In this document: positions 8,983 through 18,295 of the stretch, in pieces
Position numbering within the stretch: position 1 is the stretch's first letter
How the letters are laid out: each line of letters starts with the position of its first letter
NCBI GenBank assembly: GCA_964014485.1
Contig: CAXHAT010000014.1
Location: 1 to 61,120, forward strand
Direction: 5' to 3'
Source of the DNA: an uncultured Deferribacteres bacterium
Lineage (GTDB): Bacteria; Zhuqueibacterota; Zhuqueibacteria; Zhuqueibacterales; Geothermadaptataceae
DNA length: 61,120 nt
Program-made: the position numbers and the translations under genes
The notes under the pieces: model-generated
Told to the model about the DNA's origin: nothing
What the model saw: the letters and a program-made list of their open reading frames with translations, nothing else
Databases searched by the model: none

Positions 8983-10242
8983 TCAATTCCGTTCTATACC
9001 GGATAAGAAGCGCTCCGGCGAGAGGTTTTGTCGGCGGAATCTCCGGCTATTCAGGAGTAACTGACCGGGCAACGTCACCGCACTAAACGGCTCCGACATG
9101 ACCCCGTCGATCATCATTCGCAAATAAATCCGATAACGCACCAAACTGATGAAGTCCCCTTTCTTGATCGTCGGAAAAAACTCTTCCGCCATAATCTGCG
9201 CATCCTTGGCTCCGAGCCTGAAGGCGATGATGGTCCCGACGTTCCCCAGCACCGCGTCGCGCACCGGCTCCGGCAGTTGACTGGTAAACTGATGACTCAG
9301 AATCAAATTCACCCCGACCTTGCGCAGCTCCGCCGGCATTTCCACAAAACTTCTGGTGGCAAAGTACTGAAACTCGTCGATGTAGACATAAAAGTCGCTT
9401 CTCTCCGTCTGCGGCAATTGCAACCGACTTAAGGCCGCCAGATGGATTTTCGTCACCAACAGCGCGCCTAACAAACCGCTGACATCTTCTCCCAGCTTGC
9501 CCCGGCTGAGGTTAACCAACAATATCTTTTTATGATCCATGATCTCGCGCACATCAATCCCCCGCTCGCCGGAGCTGATGATGCGCTGCAAGATCGGATT
9601 GGTCAGAAAGGCGCCGATCTTGTTCAGAATCGGCGATACGGCTTCATTGCGAAAGCGTTTGGCGTAACCGGCGAACTCCGCGTCCCACAAGTTGATCACT
9701 TCGGAATTTGTGACGTGTTCCAGTACGTCGTCGCGAAAACCGTCGTCCAACAGAAAGCGCGGCGCGTCCAAAAGAGAAGCGCCAGGATATTCCAATAACG
9801 CTAATGCCGCCCCGCGCAGCAAATGCTCGCTGCGCGGCCCCCAACTGTCCGGAAACAGTTTCTTGAAGATGCTGACAACGGACGAAGCGATCAAGGCTCT
9901 TTCGTCAACGTGATTGTGATCGAAGACGTTGAGGCGCACCGGATTGTGCGCGTCGGTCGGATCAAAACAAACAACGTCGCGCATTCTGTCGTCCGGTACG
10001 CTCTGAAGTAGAGATTTTACTAAATCGGCGTGCGGATCGAGCAAGGCCAGGCCGTTTCCCGCTTGCACGTCGGCATGGGCGAGATTGCCGAGCAAGGTCG
10101 ACTTGCCGACCCCGGTCTTGCCGATGACGTACATGTGCGTGCGTCGATCTTTCGCCTTTATACCAAACTTCTCTCGCTTGTCGCGGAAAACCGTTTCAGC
10201 GAAATAAGTCACCGCTTCATCTTTTTGCTGCACCTGCTCCAT
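8983..10242 (-). CDS. VirD4/TraD-like coupling ATPase (HerA/FtsK superfamily), soluble
   Basis: HMYVIGKTGVGKST Walker A, LDPH, WGPR, YIDEFQ Walker B, SHQF and NVGT. No TM helices. Confidence 0.85.
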   Translation of the reverse strand: MEQVQQKDEAVTYFAETVFRDKREKFGIKAKDRRTHMYVIGKTGVGKSTLLGNLAHADVQAGNGLALLDPHADLVKSLLQSVPDDRMRDVVCFDPTDAHNPVRLNVFDHNHVDERALIASSVVSIFKKLFPDSWGPRSEHLLRGAALALLEYPGASLLDAPRFLLDDGFRDDVLEHVTNSEVINLWDAEFAGYAKRFRNEAVSPILNKIGAFLTNPILQRIISSGERGIDVREIMDHKKILLVNLSRGKLGEDVSGLLGALLVTKIHLAALSRLQLPQTERSDFYVYIDEFQYFATRSFVEMPAELRKVGVNLILSHQFTSQLPEPVRDAVLGNVGTIIAFRLGAKDAQIMAEEFFPTIKKGDFISLVRYRIYLRMMIDGVMSEPFSAVTLPGQLLLNSRRFRRQNLSPERFLSGIERN

Positions 10243-10416
10243 TGATCTTCATATTACTTTCCCGCTTATCATTATACGTGACACCGTCCATACTCCAATG
10301 GAGACAAATCGCCGGATGCGGCGCTTTTCCCCGCCTGTTCTCCTGTGAGTTTCCCGCCTACACTGACTATGAACCCATCCGCGTTCATTGCAATGAAATC
10401 ACACAGGAGGATAACC

Positions 10417-10962
10417 ATGCTGTCAACCTTTACCCATTCATTGGGGAACAAAAACGGCCCCGCTTACCGCTTCGTCGTGCTGAACGGCAAAGCCTACCAC
10501 ATCTTGCGCGGCTACGAAATCGAACGCCGTGAAGTCTGGCTGCAGGTCAGCGGACGTACGGCCTTGAAGAAGACCGATCTCGGCAAGAACTGGGAAGTGA
10601 TCGGCGCTCATGGCCATTACATCGCCTGCCTCAAACGCTTCTTTCACTACGCCAGCGAACGCGCCGACCTGCGCCTGGTTTTCATCGGCAATACGACGGC
10701 GGGAAGCCGCTTTCTGGCCTTGCGCTTCATGGTGCGCCGTTATGGTCTCGACTATGCCGACGAACAATTGGCCGCCTTGTCACAGGCGGACGGCAATTCT
10801 TGGCGCAATTGGGATTTGGGCGTTTATGATCTGAAGGACGCGTCCAATTCCGACGCCGACCGCCAAGCCGTGATGATCGAATTCGCCAGGATGGATCAAG
10901 ACGACGTCGCGCAAAAGTTCATCGACAAGCTTCACGAGCAACAAGGAGAACGTGATGAATAA
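10417..10962 (+). CDS. Hypothetical protein
   Basis: AGGAGG RBS before ATG 10417. Overlaps the downstream methylase-helicase gene. Confidence 0.7.
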   Translation: MLSTFTHSLGNKNGPAYRFVVLNGKAYHILRGYEIERREVWLQVSGRTALKKTDLGKNWEVIGAHGHYIACLKRFFHYASERADLRLVFIGNTTAGSRFLALRFMVRRYGLDYADEQLAALSQADGNSWRNWDLGVYDLKDASNSDADRQAVMIEFARMDQDDVAQKFIDKLHEQQGERDE

Positions 10963-13900
10963 CGCGCATGAATATTCAGGAAGAGAAGCGAAACACGAAT
11001 TGAATTTCAGGAAATGGTCGGAAAGCAAGCACGCGCAATACTTCACCCCGATCAAATTGGCGCACACCATCGCCGAATGCGTTTCTTGCTTCGTTCCGCT
11101 GTCTGATCTCACCGTACTCGATCCGTCCTGCGGCTCCGGGCGTTTGCTCAAGCCGTTTCGGGACGCCGGTTCGCGCGTGCTCGGGGTGGAATTGGATCGC
11201 GAAACCGCCGTCTACGCCAAGCGCGCCCTCGGCTCGGACAACGTGCGCGTCGGCGACATATGCGATTACCGTCATCATTTGAAATACAAGTTCGATCTCG
11301 TGGTCGCCAACCCGCCCTACGGCATTCTCTGGAAGCCGGACGGCGAATTCCGCACCTCGCGCTACGACGGTTCGGTCGAGAGTCAGTCGGCCAGTCTGGA
11401 AATCGCCGCCGAAGCCTTGCAGTATACGGGGCTGTTGGTGGCGATTATTCCAACGACGACCTTCACCAACGCCAAGGACAAGCAGATCAAAGAGTACTTG
11501 TTCAAGCAGTTTTATTTGATCACACGCATCACCTTGGAAAACCTGTTTCTGCAAGAATACAACATTGCGCCGAAAGTCGATCTCGTCTTTGCCCAGCGCT
11601 TTACTTCCATCCCTGAGCAACAAGCGTCAGCCGCGATTGAGGCTTTGGACTACAGGGATTCGGATGTACATGACAGGATATTGGAAATCGTTCATGAAGC
11701 GGCGCAAGCTGAATCACTGAATATTTCCGTCAGCGCCGACTCGGCGCCGCCGCTCAACGTGCCGGACTTGTCCGTGCTGCACGTCGCCAATCCCGATCCG
11801 GTGCTGCGCATTACCGACAACGGAATTACCGGCGATGCGGCGACGATGTTGTTCGCCCGCTTTCTGGACAAGTCGCCCGCCTACCATCCGGCCCTCGGGC
11901 GCGAGACCGGCGCCTTCGACGCTTTTTGCTCCCCGCCCGCTCTGCTCAAGCGCGGCGTCGCCGAATCGGAATTTTTTGTTCGGGCCGTCGGCTTTGAAGT
12001 TGCTGTTTCGGATAACGCGCGCATGCGCCTGGAAAAGCTGAGACAAAAATTCGCTCGACTCGCGATTCCGGTCTATCGTCCGCAACCGCATCAACTGCTG
12101 GCTTACTTTGACGAGAAAGCCTATGTCGCCAAAGCGACGATCCCCGATCCGGAAAACGACGATGCAGTGCTGTTCAAAAAGAACAAAAAATATCGGCTGC
12201 GTCCGGGCTGGGTGCGCAACCGGCAAACGGTCAAGCGCGAAGTGAAAACGGTCAAAGACAGACTAACGACCTTCATTCACGACGTGGATCGCGGTTATCT
12301 CGGCTTTTCCGTGCAGACCGAATCCGGACTGCGGGAATGCAAGGAGATCGACAAAAACGACGTTGAACTGTTGACGCAAGCCTTCGGCCTGCCGGAAATC
12401 AAGGACTTGGCCGATCACTTTCCGGAACAGGTCGCCGCCAACCGTAAACGGATTGCTGAAACCTTTCCGTTCTTGTTCGATTACCAGCGCGAAGACCTGG
12501 CTCGTCTGACGCTCAAGGACGGCGTCTACCTCGGCTATGAAATGGGCGGCGGCAAGACGGTCACCGGCGCGTGTTGGGCGGCCCTGAAAGGCTATCGCCG
12601 CATACTCGTTATCTGCCAGCCCGGCGCGGTCGCCAACTGGCTGCGTGAATTGCGCAAGTTCGGTTTTTTGGCGCATGAGCTGCTCGATCATCGCGCCGTC
12701 GACAAGATGCTCAAATCAAGCAAACCGGACATGCCGACCTATTATGTCACCAGCTATCAATTCCTATCGCTCGATACGCAACGCGTCTATGATCCCTGGG
12801 ATTGTATTAAACACGACAAGAACGGCAAGGCCTGGCACGTGGTGAAAGGCAATTGCGCTCGCACTTGTGCGGACTGCGGCAGACGCTTCGACCTCGTGCA
12901 GCGCGAATGTCCCCAATGCGGCGATCTGGAACAGTGGACGGGCAACTTTTGTCACCGCTGCGGCTGTCGTCCCTGGACATATAGTTCCGGATCGACGCAG
13001 TATCCCGCCTACAAACGGCTCAAGAACCGCGTCTTCGACGGCTTGCTGGTGGACGAAGCGCAGGAAGCGAAGAACAAAAACAGCTTGCGCGGTCGCGCGG
13101 TGCGTGCGATTAAAACCAAAGGAATCGCTCTCTTGACTGGAACGTTGATGAAGGGCTATATCTCCGACGTGTTCTGGAACATCGGCAATCTGGTCGGCTT
13201 TGGCAATCTGCTGTTTCCCTATCCCTATTGCGGCGGAGCGAAGATGTTTCTCGATGAATTCGGCACTTATGAGTACGTCTCCAAGCAGTTCGAAGACACG
13301 CTGCACGAAGGCAGAGCCAAGCTGTTGCCGGAAGTCTCCAATCTCAACCGCTTCTGGCGCTTGTTGGCCTCCTTTACCGTGCGCCGACTAAAGGATTCGA
13401 TGGTGTCGTTGCCGCCGAAGAAGCGTCACTTCGAATTGATTCCGATGGACATGCTTCAAGCCGAAGCTTATCGAAAAGTCGAAACCTGGGCGCAGGAAGA
13501 GATTCAGACCGCCCTGCGCCATGAAGAGCCCAACATGGGCAAGATATCCGGGGCGTTGTGGAAACTGCGCTTTGCCGCCACGCAACCGGCGGATCGCGAC
13601 AAGCTCGGCGACGTCGCGATCAGCGCCCATACCTGGGCCAAGCTCGACTGCATCGTCGCCCTAGTGCGCGAGATGAAGTCTCGCAAAGAGAAGGTCGTCA
13701 TCTTCAGCTCCCTGCGTTCGATGGTCACGGCGATCTCAAGGCGACTGAAGGACGAAGGCTTGTACCACGTCACGCTCACGGCTTCGACGAGTGTGAACAA
13801 GCGCTTAACTTTGATCGACGGCTTTCAGAACTACGGCCATGTGGCGTTGGTCGCCGGAACGAATTGCGCCAATCGCGCTTTTACCATTACGGCGGCCAAC

Positions 13901-14326
13901 AACGTCATCATCGCCAATCTCGAATTCTCGCCGGAACCGACGGTGCAGGCCGAAGACCGGGTGCATCGCACCGGACAAACCAGGCCGGTGAACGTGCACT
14001 ACCTGTTTTCGGAACGCACCATCGACCAAGACATGTGGGAACTGGTGACCAAGAAAGGCGAAGCGATCCAAAACGCCGTCGACATGAAGGCGCGGGATCG
14101 TACGGTCGCCGATCTGCTGCAGTCGAAGACGGAACTGGCGGTCGCTGAGCGCCTGCTTGAGCGAAAAGACGAACCGCCAACGATTCCGGAAACCAACGGG
14201 ACGACAACGCCGCCTGAATTAAAGAGAGTTCAGCCGCCGCGCTTTGATCATCTGCAATTGTTAAGCAAGCCGGTTGCGAGCATGGGGGACGGTGAACAGC
14301 TCGACTTGTTCGTCGAGTCGGCTTAA
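10952..14326 (+). CDS. N6-adenine DNA methyltransferase fused to an SNF2 helicase (DarB-like), with a Zn-ribbon insert
   Basis: Methylase motifs QYFTP, LDPSCGSG and NPPY. SNF2 motifs EMGGGKT, LVDEAQ, LTGT and QAEDRVHRTGQ. CxxC pairs lie between Walker A and Walker B. Confidence 0.9.
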   Translation: MMNNAHEYSGREAKHELNFRKWSESKHAQYFTPIKLAHTIAECVSCFVPLSDLTVLDPSCGSGRLLKPFRDAGSRVLGVELDRETAVYAKRALGSDNVRVGDICDYRHHLKYKFDLVVANPPYGILWKPDGEFRTSRYDGSVESQSASLEIAAEALQYTGLLVAIIPTTTFTNAKDKQIKEYLFKQFYLITRITLENLFLQEYNIAPKVDLVFAQRFTSIPEQQASAAIEALDYRDSDVHDRILEIVHEAAQAESLNISVSADSAPPLNVPDLSVLHVANPDPVLRITDNGITGDAATMLFARFLDKSPAYHPALGRETGAFDAFCSPPALLKRGVAESEFFVRAVGFEVAVSDNARMRLEKLRQKFARLAIPVYRPQPHQLLAYFDEKAYVAKATIPDPENDDAVLFKKNKKYRLRPGWVRNRQTVKREVKTVKDRLTTFIHDVDRGYLGFSVQTESGLRECKEIDKNDVELLTQAFGLPEIKDLADHFPEQVAANRKRIAETFPFLFDYQREDLARLTLKDGVYLGYEMGGGKTVTGACWAALKGYRRILVICQPGAVANWLRELRKFGFLAHELLDHRAVDKMLKSSKPDMPTYYVTSYQFLSLDTQRVYDPWDCIKHDKNGKAWHVVKGNCARTCADCGRRFDLVQRECPQCGDLEQWTGNFCHRCGCRPWTYSSGSTQYPAYKRLKNRVFDGLLVDEAQEAKNKNSLRGRAVRAIKTKGIALLTGTLMKGYISDVFWNIGNLVGFGNLLFPYPYCGGAKMFLDEFGTYEYVSKQFEDTLHEGRAKLLPEVSNLNRFWRLLASFTVRRLKDSMVSLPPKKRHFELIPMDMLQAEAYRKVETWAQEEIQTALRHEEPNMGKISGALWKLRFAATQPADRDKLGDVAISAHTWAKLDCIVALVREMKSRKEKVVIFSSLRSMVTAISRRLKDEGLYHVTLTASTSVNKRLTLIDGFQNYGHVALVAGTNCANRAFTITAANNVIIANLEFSPEPTVQAEDRVHRTGQTRPVNVHYLFSERTIDQDMWELVTKKGEAIQNAVDMKARDRTVADLLQSKTELAVAERLLERKDEPPTIPETNGTTTPPELKRVQPPRFDHLQLLSKPVASMGDGEQLDLFVESA

Positions 14327-14473
14327 ATTGTTGCTCGCAATCCCGCCTTCTCTCACCAAAATCCAAAACAATTCCTTCCTTCTCGATCTGCTAAAATTCA
14401 CTCACAACCATCATTTCCGCCCGCAAAAACAGCAAATAAAAAATTCACATGACAAAAAAATGGAGACAGAAAA

Positions 14474-14704
14474 ATGTACAGTCCCAAAATCGATGAAGAG
14501 TTGATTCCGACCATTCACATGATCGCGCAAGCGATCAACAAGCCGATGACCTATGTCGTGAATACGATTATTCGTTCCGCGTTGATCATCGCGCCCTTCA
14601 TGCTCGGCGGCGCGTTGCTCAATCAAGACAACAAAAACGGCAAATTAACCAATCCAAAAGACAAGGAGTTGAAAAATGGCCAAGCGTCAAATACGACTGT
14701 ATGA
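14474..14704 (+). CDS. Small ribbon-helix-helix-like DNA-binding protein
   Basis: MYSPKIDEELIPTIHMIAQAINKPMTYVVNTII pattern. GGAG RBS. Confidence 0.55.
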   Translation: MYSPKIDEELIPTIHMIAQAINKPMTYVVNTIIRSALIIAPFMLGGALLNQDNKNGKLTNPKDKELKNGQASNTTV

Positions 14705-15266
14705 TCTCAACGTTGATCCCGATGAGCTGATGCCGCCGACTACTATTTCCGGCGACGAACTGGCGGCGCGCGCGACCTTGGGCGTGCTGGATGAAGCGAC
14801 GGTGATCCTGCTGCCGAAATCCGCTTCCGTCGTATTGGCGACGGCGGACGACGACAGTTCCTTGCTGCGATTGATTCCCGGCGTTAGAAAAGAAAACGAT
14901 AAGGAGCGGCTGTATTGGCTGCGCGTGCGATCTATTCCGAATTCGAATAAAAGCGCGACTTTACAACAGAAACCCGGTCCGCCCAGGCGCTCTTTCAGCA
15001 TGGCGGCGCGCAAGTCAGGAAAAATCGCACAACTGCAGCGTTCGTCGAAAACTTCGAGGCGCAAAACAACTGCTGTAAAAGCAAACGGCGCGATGACTGA
15101 CGCGCAACAAAGTCAAATTCGAATTCATTTGGCGCGGCGCAATCTCAAAGGCGAGAAGGCGACGCGCTATATGAAACGCTTCTTTGAAGTCAAGCACGTC
15201 AACGACATTTCCGAAACTGACGCTGATAAACTGATCAAATTGTTGACTGAAGGAGGCGAGTCATGA
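14676..15266 (+). CDS. Hypothetical protein with a C-terminal helical motif seen in phage recombination proteins
   Basis: AAGGAG RBS. C-terminus MTDAQQSQI...ISETDADKLIKLL. ATGA overlap with the next gene. Confidence 0.6.
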   Translation: MAKRQIRLYDLNVDPDELMPPTTISGDELAARATLGVLDEATVILLPKSASVVLATADDDSSLLRLIPGVRKENDKERLYWLRVRSIPNSNKSATLQQKPGPPRRSFSMAARKSGKIAQLQRSSKTSRRKTTAVKANGAMTDAQQSQIRIHLARRNLKGEKATRYMKRFFEVKHVNDISETDADKLIKLLTEGGES

Positions 15267-16045
15267 GAATGTCGATCACGGTGAATCAAATGAAGACCTG
15301 GCTCTCTTGCGGCTTGCGATACCGGTTCATCTATGTCGACAGATCATCGAAGCCGATGCTGTTCGGAGAGCGCGTGCTTCGAAGTGCATTGCATGCGGTT
15401 ATACTGCGAATACATGAATTCAGACTTGCAGACAAAATGCTAACGCCTGCAGGGGCAATTGACGCTTTTGAAGTCGAATGGCGAAAGAGAACCGCCTTAA
15501 CAAAAGTCGAATGGAGCAACGCCGAATACGAAGACCAGTTGATGCATTGGGGGCGACGCGTTGTTGCGTTTCTGGCTAAGCATCTCCTGCCGCTTCAGAC
15601 TTTGAAAGCCGTACAGGCGCCGTTTGAGCTTCCATTGACCGACGCCGAAAGCGGAGAATCATTGCCGGTCTATTTACGCGGCGTATTTGACCTTGTCGAA
15701 GAGAATGATGAGATTGCGCGCCTGCAAACGCATGGAAGTCCGCTCCATCAGATCGACGCTGACGCCAATCTGCGCCTGACGGCGTTTAGTTACGCCTATC
15801 AACGCTTATTTGACCGTGAACCTTCCCTTCGACTCATGACATTGAACGATGAGCTAATTGAATTGCGTGCATTGCGCACTCTGCGCATCGAGCGTGATTA
15901 TCAAAAGCTGTTCCGTCTGGCCAAGGAAGTGATCAGCGGCGTTTCCTCCGGCATCTTCACGCCGAATCCCGGCAAGCAATGCAGCCGATGCGAATACAAG
16001 ACGCATTGCTGGATGTGGGACGGTAAAGTCCAGCCTGAAAACTAA
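15263..16045 (+). CDS. PD-(D/E)XK RecB-family nuclease-like protein, probably catalytically degenerate
   Basis: TWLSCGLRYRF start, RGVFDLV, and C-terminal CSRCEYKTHC. The expected D-x-K motif reads RLQ. Confidence 0.75.
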   Translation: MRMSITVNQMKTWLSCGLRYRFIYVDRSSKPMLFGERVLRSALHAVILRIHEFRLADKMLTPAGAIDAFEVEWRKRTALTKVEWSNAEYEDQLMHWGRRVVAFLAKHLLPLQTLKAVQAPFELPLTDAESGESLPVYLRGVFDLVEENDEIARLQTHGSPLHQIDADANLRLTAFSYAYQRLFDREPSLRLMTLNDELIELRALRTLRIERDYQKLFRLAKEVISGVSSGIFTPNPGKQCSRCEYKTHCWMWDGKVQPEN

Positions 16046-16052
16046 AAACGAC

Positions 16053-16085
16053 AGGGAGTTTCTCGAAATGAAAGCTCCCTTTTTT
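16053..16085 (+). terminator. Rho-independent terminator ending the methylase-helicase operon
   Basis: AGGGAG-TTTC/GAAA-G-CTCCCT stem followed by a T-tract. Confidence 0.75.
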
Positions 16086-16311
16086 ATTCACCACAAGTCC
16101 CTTGCATGGTAAGCTGCGCTTTCAATGCTCATAGGTTTATCCAACTATTCGTCAAGATTACAAAAACAAAACATGCCGATAGAAGGAAATGAGTATTAAT
16201 TTTGGGTCTTAAATGTAAATTGAAGAATCAATCTTTCTCGAAGGGAAGAAAACACTGGCCAATACTCACTGAATTCGATTCGAAATTCTATCTGATTTGC
16301 GGAATTTGTAA

Positions 16312-17472
16312 ATGTATAGGTTATCCACTTCTTTTGGAATTGCGATTTTTGCTTTGGTGATAGGACTGTTCGCCTATTGGTATTATGTCCGTTCCAAGGA
16401 AAGACAATACCTGATATTCGCTCTGTTGTCCTTCTCAGCTATGCTATACAGTTGCATGGCCGGGTTTATTCAAGGAAATTTTCACGACCCGCCTTTGGCG
16501 CACAGCTATCGAAGATTCGGAATTTGCGGTCCAATCATGATGGTCGTTTTTACCCTGCACTTCACTTTTCTTTTTGTGGGAAGAATGCACAAACCATTAT
16601 TAGTGGCATCCTATGCAACGAGTATCGGATTCTGTGTTATGTCCATCTTCAATTTCTTCTTTTACACTGACGAAATTATTATCCACGATATGGCATTTTC
16701 GGAGCAGGATTATGTGGCTTACAAACCAGATATGGGCTTTGTATTGTTTTCCTTTGTCACGCCGTTGTTACTCGGATACAGTTATTGGGTTCAAAGGTCC
16801 CGTCTGAGTGAGAGCTTCCGATTCATGCGTTGGACGCGAGGAGGCTTGATAGTTCTTCTATTAGCTGGTTCGTACGATCTTTTGTGGTCAAATGGCTTTA
16901 TTACCGAAAATATTTTTCCGCTTTTCGAATTTGCATTTTTAGGATTTGTCGCTTGTGTGGGCCTAACCTGCGGTGAAAGATATATCGATGAGAAAAAGCA
17001 GCTGGAGACGTACGAGCGGAAGATCACGCAATATCGATCCGAACTCATTCGGTTACAAAGTGCAACTATCGAGCATTTTACGATGGCTACGATTCGCTTC
17101 GCTAGAGAAGAACTTCAGGCTGAATATGGAATGTTTGTTAAGAACTTAACGGAAGTTTTGACTAGAGAATTCAATGATTCTAAATTGGCTGATAGTTCTC
17201 GTTTCAGCGTGAAGCGCTTGACGCTCGAAATGCACATGAATAAAAGAGCGCTAAACTCCAAAATAAAAGAACTGACCGGGTTGAATACGCGTCAGTTTGT
17301 CAAAACAATTCGGCTACAAGCCGCAGCGCATTTGTTAATACATGAGCCGCTTAAGGACGTTACTCAAATTGCTTTCGCCACCGGATTTAACAATTTGAGC
17401 CACTTCATTAGAAGTTTCCGTGAACATTTTGATTGCGCACCTTTAGAATATCGTGCGAAAAATGCACTTTAG
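16312..17472 (+). CDS. Membrane-anchored AraC-family regulator (about 7 TM helices plus AraC HTH)
   Basis: Hydrophobic N-terminal ~225 aa. C-terminal IRLQAAAHLL...VTQIAFATGFNNLSHFIRSFREHF. Confidence 0.9.
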   Translation: MYRLSTSFGIAIFALVIGLFAYWYYVRSKERQYLIFALLSFSAMLYSCMAGFIQGNFHDPPLAHSYRRFGICGPIMMVVFTLHFTFLFVGRMHKPLLVASYATSIGFCVMSIFNFFFYTDEIIIHDMAFSEQDYVAYKPDMGFVLFSFVTPLLLGYSYWVQRSRLSESFRFMRWTRGGLIVLLLAGSYDLLWSNGFITENIFPLFEFAFLGFVACVGLTCGERYIDEKKQLETYERKITQYRSELIRLQSATIEHFTMATIRFAREELQAEYGMFVKNLTEVLTREFNDSKLADSSRFSVKRLTLEMHMNKRALNSKIKELTGLNTRQFVKTIRLQAAAHLLIHEPLKDVTQIAFATGFNNLSHFIRSFREHFDCAPLEYRAKNAL

Positions 17473-17573
17473 TGGCATTTTTTAATGCTTTAACGCAAAG
17501 CTTCAAGTCTCCCGGATTGTTATTCTTCCAGGACAAACAACACGTAAGTTTAACAGACAACGGGAGATTAGAC

Positions 17574-18080
17574 ATGAAGGTACCAAGTCGTTTTCGAACG
17601 ATAGTTGGCGGGGCTTCTGCCGCCGCTGGCGCAGTTGGGATTCCAGGCGCCTTCTCATTTGGTTCAGATGTAGCGGTGCTGAAAGGCATTTGGGTCACTG
17701 GGACGATAATGATCGCCAACAAAGACGGCCTTGAGTTGTCGAAAAATAGTATTGTTGGGTTAGCCGCTTCTGCGATCATTGGAGCGGCTGTGTTCATAAG
17801 CGGGTCAAAGTTGGCAGCCAAGCTCTTTCATTTGATTCCCGGTCCAGGCACATTGGCGGCAATTGGCGTCAACAGTTTTTTGGACGCCTTCTTTACGTAT
17901 CGATTTCTCAGCTCGGTGGCAAAGGTTTTCGATAAGTATGATACTACTCAAATCTCGATACAAATCCTGAAAAACTCCATAAAGCTGTTTAATCCGTGGA
18001 CGTTTTTTGACGATGTCGAAGACATGAAAGAGTGTATCGTAGAAGGTCTGCATCTGAAACATAAGTTTCAGAACGCATAA
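17574..18080 (+). CDS. DUF697-like glycine/alanine-rich membrane-associated protein
   Basis: ASAAAGAVGIPG..SD and LFHLIPGPG motifs. GGGAG RBS before ATG 17574. Confidence 0.6.
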   Translation: MKVPSRFRTIVGGASAAAGAVGIPGAFSFGSDVAVLKGIWVTGTIMIANKDGLELSKNSIVGLAASAIIGAAVFISGSKLAAKLFHLIPGPGTLAAIGVNSFLDAFFTYRFLSSVAKVFDKYDTTQISIQILKNSIKLFNPWTFFDDVEDMKECIVEGLHLKHKFQNA

Positions 18081-18210
18081 AGTGCAAAACGAATATGCTT
18101 CAGAATTTACTTTCTTACGTCATTCACCGACAAGAATTGCTTTTCGAAAAACGACCAACCGGAAAATTCAGGAAAGCATAACGTTCTCTGATTCCTAAAC
18201 ATTGAATTGA

Positions 18211-18247
18211 ACGGGCGAATCTCTACATGAGATTCACCCGTATTTTT
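18211..18247. terminator. Hairpin terminator between convergent genes
   Basis: ACGGG-C-GAATCTC/GAGATTC-A-CCCGT stem followed by ATTTTT. Confidence 0.6.
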
Positions 18248-18295
18248 AGCCTTTCGCAATGCTCCTCTACAAGTATGCTCCCTCCCTAGTCAAAT

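Noticed and set aside
4965..14366. Long antisense or alternate-frame ORFs (e.g. 4965..5744, 10976..11623, 13558..14148)
   Set aside because: They are shadows of well-supported genes in GC-rich sequence and carry no motifs of their own.
15263..16045. Cas4 of a CRISPR system
   Set aside because: No cas1/cas2 or array nearby. The context is a mobile-element operon.
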